Of a stretch of DNA of 64,000 nt, positions 58,024-64,000 are shown piece after piece. The notes beneath the pieces were generated by a model. That model was not told the origin of the DNA, made no database searches, and worked only from the letters and a program-made list of their open reading frames with translations. A program made the translations under genes and the position numbers. Positions within the stretch are counted from its first letter, which is position 1, and every line of letters begins with the position of its first letter. Origin of the DNA: Fidelibacterota bacterium SCGC AAA160-B08 (GTDB taxonomy: Bacteria; Fidelibacterota; Marinisomatia; Marinisomatales; Marinisomataceae); NCBI GenBank assembly GCA_000402755.1, contig AQSD01000003.1, positions 1,263 to 65,262 on the forward strand, in the 5' to 3' direction.

Positions 58024-58962
58024 CTAACCAAATCTACTATTTTTTAATGTAGGCATTCCTAATATAAAATCTTTTGCAGGCATGGCCTTCTTTCCCTCTA
58101 TTTGCACCTTAGAAACTCTCAATGACCCAAGACCGCATGCAATATCAAAAGAATCACTGATAACGCTAGTAACATATCCAGGTGTGCTTGAATGTTGATT
58201 ATCTATTAGCTCTGATTGAAAAAATTTGACTCTCTTTTTATCAAGAAAAGTATATGCTCCAGGATAAGGGCTAAAGGCTCTTACCTTAGCATGTATATCT
58301 GACGCAGACTTGTTCCAATCAATAAGAAATTCTTCTTTCAAAATTTTTGGAGCTAAAGTGACTAAAGATTCATCTTGTAAATAAGGTTCAATCTTATCAT
58401 TTAAGTATTTTTCTATAGAAGTAACAACTAAGTCTGCTCCAATAGTGCTTAATCTTTCAGACAATGATCCATAATTATCATTATCATTAATATCGCACTC
58501 GGCTTGCTCTAAAATTTTTCCCGTATCTACTTTAGGCTCAATAAGAAAAGTAGATATTCCTGTCACTTTCTCATGATTAAGTATTGCTCTTTGAATAGGA
58601 GCTGCTCCTCTATACTTAGGAAGTAAAGAAGAATGAAGATTGATTGCACCAAACTTAGGAATACTCAATAAAGATTTTGGAAGGATTTTATAAGCAACAA
58701 CAACAAATAAATCAGGCTTTATATCTTCTAATTTTTTAGAAAATTCTTTATCTGTAAGATCGTTGCATTCAATAATCTCTAAATTATGATCATTTGAAAG
58801 AATTTTTACTGGAGTATCAAAAAGTTTTTGTCCTCGACCCATTTTCTTTGATGGATTTGTAACAACAGAAGCAACATCATAAGATTCATTACATTTTAAA
58901 AGAACAGGATTAGAGAACTCTGTATTCCCAAAAAATATAATTTTGATAGATTTATTGAACAT
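58024..58962 (-). CDS. fmt: Methionyl-tRNA formyltransferase
   Basis: FFGNTEFS, VVAY, INLHSSLLPKYRGAAPIQ, DTG, RAFSPYPG. Confidence 0.97.
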   Translation of the reverse strand: MFNKSIKIIFFGNTEFSNPVLLKCNESYDVASVVTNPSKKMGRGQKLFDTPVKILSNDHNLEIIECNDLTDKEFSKKLEDIKPDLFVVVAYKILPKSLLSIPKFGAINLHSSLLPKYRGAAPIQRAILNHEKVTGISTFLIEPKVDTGKILEQAECDINDNDNYGSLSERLSTIGADLVVTSIEKYLNDKIEPYLQDESLVTLAPKILKEEFLIDWNKSASDIHAKVRAFSPYPGAYTFLDKKRVKFFQSELIDNQHSSTPGYVTSVISDSFDIACGLGSLRVSKVQIEGKKAMPAKDFILGMPTLKNSRFG

Positions 58963-59467
58963 TATTAGACTTCATTAATTTCAGTGCCTTATCATACTTT
59001 AAAATGTCTGAAGGGGTAGCATAGTCTGTAATTAATTTTCCATCTAAGTGATCATTTTCATGTTGAATTACAGTTGCTAAAAATCCAGAAAACTCTTTAG
59101 TGCATCTCTCTAAATTTTCATCAACATAGCTATAAGTAATAGTATCAAATCTTTCAACATTAATCCTAACTTCAGGCAATGATAAACAACCTTCTGAATC
59201 CACGCAAGATCCACTTCCACTATCAATGGTTCCATTCATAAATACCATTGGTGATGTATCGCCATATCCAGACATGTGTTTTATATCAACTACAAAAATT
59301 CTTTTGTTAATTCCAATTTGATTGGAAGCTAAACCAAGACCATCAAATTCATACATAGTATCAAATAAGTCATTAATTAAACTATCTACATTAGAAAAGT
59401 CTGTGATGTCTGTACATACTTTTCGTAAAGCTTTATGCCCATAAGTAACTACTTTTTGAACTGCCAT
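58952..59467 (-). CDS. def: Peptide deformylase
   Basis: GLGLASNQIG, EGCLS, QHENDHL. Confidence 0.97.
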   Translation of the reverse strand: MAVQKVVTYGHKALRKVCTDITDFSNVDSLINDLFDTMYEFDGLGLASNQIGINKRIFVVDIKHMSGYGDTSPMVFMNGTIDSGSGSCVDSEGCLSLPEVRINVERFDTITYSYVDENLERCTKEFSGFLATVIQHENDHLDGKLITDYATPSDILKYDKALKLMKSNNVQ

Positions 59468-59468
59468 T

Positions 59469-59786
59469 TTATTCTTTATTTTCTGAATTCTTTAGTCTGG
59501 TTACAGCTGTAACATCTACTGTAAGCTCATTGTTACTAGACACTCGAAGAGTAGCCTTATTATTTCTTACTTGAATAATTTTTCCATGTATGCCTCCAAT
59601 AGTAACGATACTATCGCCTTTTTTTAAATTCTTTTGAAGGGTTTTTACATTATCTTGTTTTTTATTGTTTGGTCGTAAGATAAAGTAGTATAGAACCAAA
59701 AATATTAAAAAAATTGGTAACTGCGCAAGGAAGACATCAAAGAATGATGCTTGAGATTCTTGAAAGATTAATTTATTTGTTATCAT
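59469..59786 (-). CDS. yajC: Preprotein translocase subunit YajC
   Basis: YYFILRP, LKKGDSIVTIGGIHG. Confidence 0.94.
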   Translation of the reverse strand: MITNKLIFQESQASFFDVFLAQLPIFLIFLVLYYFILRPNNKKQDNVKTLQKNLKKGDSIVTIGGIHGKIIQVRNNKATLRVSSNNELTVDVTAVTRLKNSENKE

Positions 59787-59800
59787 ACAGTAAATTTAGT

Positions 59801-61882
59801 TTAGCTATACTCTTTTAACAAGCGCATTAGAAAAGGTTTTATCAATATAAAAAATATAAGGAATAGCATTATATTGGAAAAAATAAGTAATGATTTAAAC
59901 AAACTATCATCATACTTAAATACAATAGAATGTGTTCCTTTATTCAACAGCAATCCTCTAAGCACTCCATTTGTTTGATACGTTTTAACATCTTGATTAT
60001 CTACAGTTGCTTTCCATCTATCAGGATAATTTATTTCACTTAAAACAAGAAAAGCGCTTTCTGAAGTTACATTTACATCTATAGAGACCTCATGAATACT
60101 CCAATCTAAATTAATAACCTCTCCCCTGGAAAATGATTGTGATTCCAAGTCTTTAACGATTGCAATATCTTCAGGATCAAAAGCTGTAGCTGTTAAATAA
60201 TTATATAAATTCTGATCTTCTTTAATAATATTTTTTACAAACCAGGCTCTTTGAAGATTGTTTTTTAATCTATAAATATTCAAATCTATTTCACCAAATG
60301 CAGAGCTGTAGGGAGTGGTCATAGATAGCTCAAAATCTTTATGATTCAGCTCTACTGAACTTAATAAATACTTTACATTTAGAAGTCTTAGAACGGAAAT
60401 TGATAATAAATTATTGGTTTCATTTAAAAGATCTGTATAGTGTCTAAATTTAGCCGGATGATATCCTCCAACAGATTGAATACCATGAAATTTTAACTTA
60501 GGATCTTGAAATAACTCTCCCACTGGATAAACTCTATACAACTCTGATTCATTTTTTAAAAACTTAATCGCCTCATCTTCTTCAAAGAATGAGTCAAATT
60601 TTTCTATTGATATTATTTGTGATTTTTGTGCACTCTCATCTGACGGAGAGATAATATTTTTATCAATTCTATAAATATCAATTATTGAGAAAAGTAAAAA
60701 TATGGATATAATAATTTTTGATTCAAAATTTTTAAATCTATCTATATTCGAAATGCTAACAATAATATCTTTTAGACCAAAAGCTGCAAGTATATAGATA
60801 GTAAAATTTGATATAATCAAAATCATACTTGGTACTCGAAAATTGCTAAAGTAAGGAAAGAACGAATAAAAGAATTCATAAAGAACATCAAAATATTTTC
60901 CAAAAGATAGAAGTATTGATAGTGCGAGAATAATTACGAAGAAAGCCTTTTGTGCATTAAGCTTAATGAAAGAAAATAAGGCAGAAAAAATGACAAAAAA
61001 TCCGACATAATTAGGGTAATCAGTAAAAGGCATATATCCAGAATAAGACGAGCCTCCAAAACCATAATAATAAGGAAATAGATAAGTTAATAGCTCTTTG
61101 GGGTGCATAGACCAATTTGTAGCGTATTGATAGTGATTATTGCCACCAGATCGGATGGAGTTATCTAAATAATCTAGTGACGGATAGTAAATATGTGATG
61201 CTAACAAAAATCCTAAACCGCATGAGATAATAAAGTATAATAAATACTTATTCTTATTTTGTTTTTTCATTATAAAAGAGTACAGAAAGTATGCTCCAAC
61301 TAGCATGCAAGAATAATATGCTATTTGGACATGACCTCTCTGTAGTTGCAATCCTATTAACAAGGATAATAGAGCCAATGATTCTATTGATATAGAATTT
61401 TTTAGTCTATTGACACCATACAGTAGCCAAGGAATATATGCTGCTGTCATCATTTGACTGCCGTGTCCAAAAACAATCATGGTTATAAGGTAAGGATTTA
61501 GAATCCACAGTAAGCCTACACCAAATGATATCAACCTATCCATCTTAAATTGTTCTAGAAGCAAATACATTCCTACGCCAGAAAAAACCAAATGTATTAA
61601 CTGAATATTAAGATCAGAGATTCCTAATCCAATCATCAACTTAGTTGGAAAGTATAATTCATTAATATATGTAAATGCTTCCATAGTAGGCATGCCAGAG
61701 AAAATCCATGGCTGCCATAAAGGCCAATGACCAATCTTTGATTTATATATATCTAGAATATGATTAACAGAATAGGGATTTAATGTATCTCCCGATCCAA
61801 ACATGTTATTATAGAAAATTACTGGATAGAAAAATAGCATAACCCAAAGCGAATAGATGATAATTAATAAATATTTATTCAT
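59801..61882 (-). CDS. YfhO-like polytopic membrane protein (putative GT-C glycosyltransferase)
   Basis: PLWQPWIFSGMP, many TMs, C-terminal LVLSEINYP-RWKATVD...NGVLRG typical of YfhO. Confidence 0.75.
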   Translation of the reverse strand: MNKYLLIIIYSLWVMLFFYPVIFYNNMFGSGDTLNPYSVNHILDIYKSKIGHWPLWQPWIFSGMPTMEAFTYINELYFPTKLMIGLGISDLNIQLIHLVFSGVGMYLLLEQFKMDRLISFGVGLLWILNPYLITMIVFGHGSQMMTAAYIPWLLYGVNRLKNSISIESLALLSLLIGLQLQRGHVQIAYYSCMLVGAYFLYSFIMKKQNKNKYLLYFIISCGLGFLLASHIYYPSLDYLDNSIRSGGNNHYQYATNWSMHPKELLTYLFPYYYGFGGSSYSGYMPFTDYPNYVGFFVIFSALFSFIKLNAQKAFFVIILALSILLSFGKYFDVLYEFFYSFFPYFSNFRVPSMILIISNFTIYILAAFGLKDIIVSISNIDRFKNFESKIIISIFLLFSIIDIYRIDKNIISPSDESAQKSQIISIEKFDSFFEEDEAIKFLKNESELYRVYPVGELFQDPKLKFHGIQSVGGYHPAKFRHYTDLLNETNNLLSISVLRLLNVKYLLSSVELNHKDFELSMTTPYSSAFGEIDLNIYRLKNNLQRAWFVKNIIKEDQNLYNYLTATAFDPEDIAIVKDLESQSFSRGEVINLDWSIHEVSIDVNVTSESAFLVLSEINYPDRWKATVDNQDVKTYQTNGVLRGLLLNKGTHSIVFKYDDSLFKSLLIFSNIMLFLIFFILIKPFLMRLLKEYS

Positions 61883-63399
61883 GCTTGATTAGATATTTTG
61901 TGCTTTAAGCTATCAATCATGTCTTTATCTTCTTTATCTATTCCCAGTAGTGCATAAAAAGAAAAATATCCAATAAATATAAGAGAAATAGCGACTAGTA
62001 AGTACAAAATTAGATTTAAAAGTGAAGATGAATAGTCTAGCAGGTTTAAAACATATCTCTGAAGTAAAAAGATTGTTAATGCTGTTAAAACTCCAGATAA
62101 TAAAGGCTTGAATAGCTTTGATGAAAAAACATTCAAATTCAATATATAATAATTTTCAAAAAACCTTAAAAAACTAATAAAAAATAAAGCAATTGTAGTA
62201 GCAGAAGCGGCTCCTATAATGCCATACTGTGGAATCAAAATAATATTCATAATAATATTAATCGTTAAAGCTGCTAATACATTTAACAAATTTATATTTG
62301 AAAAACCGCTCATCGTTAACGATGAAGAACCTAAGCCAAAAAAAGCTTGAATCATTATTCCAACTGATAAAATCTTTAGTGCTAAGCCATTATCAAATTC
62401 ATTTCCAAATAACATTAGCATTGGATTAGAGAATAGCATTAAAAAAATAAATAAAGGCAAACATCCTACAAATATCCATTTTGTTGATAACTGATAAATC
62501 TCTTTCATTTTTTCTGAATTATTTTCATGAAAATATTGTGAGAAGAGAGGTGCAAATATGCCTGCAAATGCAAATAATATCATTCTAATAAGGCCAGCGG
62601 TCCTTTCAATGGGATGATACTTACCTACTGCACTTGCATCAGAAAAAATGCCTAGCATTAATATATCTGTCCAGTGCATAATGATACCAATTGCTGAAAC
62701 AAACATTAACGGAATAGAGAATTTTAAAATTTTTGTATTGAACGGAGTAGAAATAAACTTCTTTAAATCTAATACTATAAATTTCTTTAGAAAAAATAGT
62801 ATAAATATCATACCAATAAATGCAGATAGAAATGTAGGAATAAGAATAGCTATTTTTGGTCCAAATATTAGATAAGAAGTAATCATAGAAACTAATAATA
62901 CTGCGGGATTTATAATTTGATTAACAAAAATCTTATACTTTAATATTTTGAATCCTTGGGTAGCAAATGATGCAATGAGTGTGGTTACTGTAAAGGGTAA
63001 TGTAAAAGCATAAAATTGTATAATTTTAATTAAAAATGGATCTTCCGCTAAAAACTTTAATACAATCCATTCTGCAGAAAAATATAGAACGATAGCGATA
63101 ATAACACTCGAAATAAATCCCATTTTTATAGACGAATAAATACTATTTTGAGCATTTGAGCTGTTTCTATCTTCTCGACTAACAAATCTAAGTACTCCAT
63201 TATCAAGACCCATTATAGCAAATATTTCTCCTATGCGAGTTACTGCATTGCCAAGAGAGTACAAGCCTAACATCTGAGGACCTAACCATCTAGCCATAAA
63301 AATTGAAAATAAATAACGGAAAACTGAACCTGTGCTCATTCCTGCAAATGATACAATCGCTTCGCTAGCAACTTTCTTACCTAAATTTTGTTCTTTCAT
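61879..63399 (-). CDS. Wzx-like polysaccharide flippase
   Basis: About 14 TMs; ARWLGP-G-YS, TDILML, LIPQYGIIGAASA. Confidence 0.88.
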   Translation of the reverse strand: MKEQNLGKKVASEAIVSFAGMSTGSVFRYLFSIFMARWLGPQMLGLYSLGNAVTRIGEIFAIMGLDNGVLRFVSREDRNSSNAQNSIYSSIKMGFISSVIIAIVLYFSAEWIVLKFLAEDPFLIKIIQFYAFTLPFTVTTLIASFATQGFKILKYKIFVNQIINPAVLLVSMITSYLIFGPKIAILIPTFLSAFIGMIFILFFLKKFIVLDLKKFISTPFNTKILKFSIPLMFVSAIGIIMHWTDILMLGIFSDASAVGKYHPIERTAGLIRMILFAFAGIFAPLFSQYFHENNSEKMKEIYQLSTKWIFVGCLPLFIFLMLFSNPMLMLFGNEFDNGLALKILSVGIMIQAFFGLGSSSLTMSGFSNINLLNVLAALTINIIMNIILIPQYGIIGAASATTIALFFISFLRFFENYYILNLNVFSSKLFKPLLSGVLTALTIFLLQRYVLNLLDYSSSLLNLILYLLVAISLIFIGYFSFYALLGIDKEDKDMIDSLKHKISNQA

Positions 63400-64000
63400 T
63401 TTTCTTTCAACTTAAAATAAATCCACTTTAAAAAACCTAATGGCAAATAAAATAATAACCAGTGAAAAGTTAATGTTATTATTTGCAAACCTGATGCATG
63501 TTTCCAAAATAGTTTCACCTGTCCTAATAATTTATTTTGTATTTTTTTAAAAGAGTTTTCTCCTAATGATTGAGATACGCTATGTAATATAATTGATTTG
63601 GGGCTATACACAATCTTGCGATTCATTTTTTTAGCCCTTATACTTAAATCTACATCCTCACAATACATATTAAACATAGTATCAAAATAGTTTAATTTTT
63701 TAAAATCAGCAGAGTTAATGCACAAACAACATCCTGTAGCATAATCAGTTTCCATCATGAATGAGTATCGTGGTCCATCAAAATTTCTTATGCCAACATG
63801 ATCTATTTTTCCTTTCCACATATTAACTATTCCTCCAGCATACCATATTTTATTAATATCCATTGCAAAAAGGATTTTAGGAACTGTAATAATGCAATTA
63901 GCATCATTTGAAAAAGGAGTAATTAGATGATCGAGGAAATCTGAGCTTACTATAGTATCGTTATTAATAAATACTAAAAAATCTTCTTCCTTTGGTTTGA
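63396..64000 (-). CDS. GT2 family glycosyltransferase (5' end beyond the window)
   Basis: Frame open to the window edge (FINNDT...), GCCL, FNMYCEDVDLS. Confidence 0.88.
   Translation of the reverse strand, partial: KPKEEDFLVFINNDTIVSSDFLDHLITPFSNDANCIITVPKILFAMDINKIWYAGGIVNMWKGKIDHVGIRNFDGPRYSFMMETDYATGCCLCINSADFKKLNYFDTMFNMYCEDVDLSIRAKKMNRKIVYSPKSIILHSVSQSLGENSFKKIQNKLLGQVKLFWKHASGLQIITLTFHWLLFYLPLGFLKWIYFKLKEK

Noticed and set aside
1-64000. tRNA, rRNA, riboswitch, CRISPR array, IS element or prophage
   Set aside because: Largest intergenic gap is about 140 bp and none shows cloverleaf, repeat-spacer or terminal-repeat structure; no transposase or phage structural genes

Overview
A 64-kb, AT-rich (about 30% GC by spot hand-counts), extremely compact piece of bacterial core chromosome. 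The gene set and order (ileS2-dksA/traR-lspA, mitochondrial-like aconitase, PGI/PMI, YfhO) point to the FCB superphylum, most plausibly a streamlined marine Ca. Marinimicrobia (inference; no marker RNA gene present). Contents in order: SPOR/lapB-like/lapA-like/miaB/M23 genes; a reduced dcw cluster (mraZ-rsmH-ftsL-ftsI-murD-ftsW-murG-murC-murB-ftsQ-ftsA-ftsZ, lacking murE, murF, mraY, ddl); rodZ-like and maf; acnA-gatB; rpmB; dusB-pruA-sucCD-ndk-SPOR; rpmF (missed by the ORF track)-fabD-fabG-acpP-fabF; PMM-polyprenyl synthase-PGI/PMI; three amino-acid/solute symporters; lptG; pckA-xerC-rluD-lspA-dksA-ileS; degP, dsbD, patatin, pyrEF; hflX, PASTA, fmt, def, yajC; and a YfhO/flippase/GT2 glycosylation locus cut by the right edge. 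I found no rRNA, tRNA, CRISPR or IS. The best novelty candidate is a two-gene, GC-shifted insert (36.7-38.5 kb). It encodes a stand-alone protein resembling the helical domain of phage 5-hmdU DNA kinases (DNA base hypermodification), tail-to-tail with an APH-fold/ThrB-like kinase. Other points of note: a eukaryote/virus-type phosphomannomutase, a GVHH-motif IleRS2, a DksA with a rearranged Cys cluster, Bacteroidota-type TTTG-N19-21-TAnnTTTG promoter motifs, two genes that appear to need non-AUG starts, and overlaps at all five convergent gene junctions. All family calls come from motif recognition, not from database searches.
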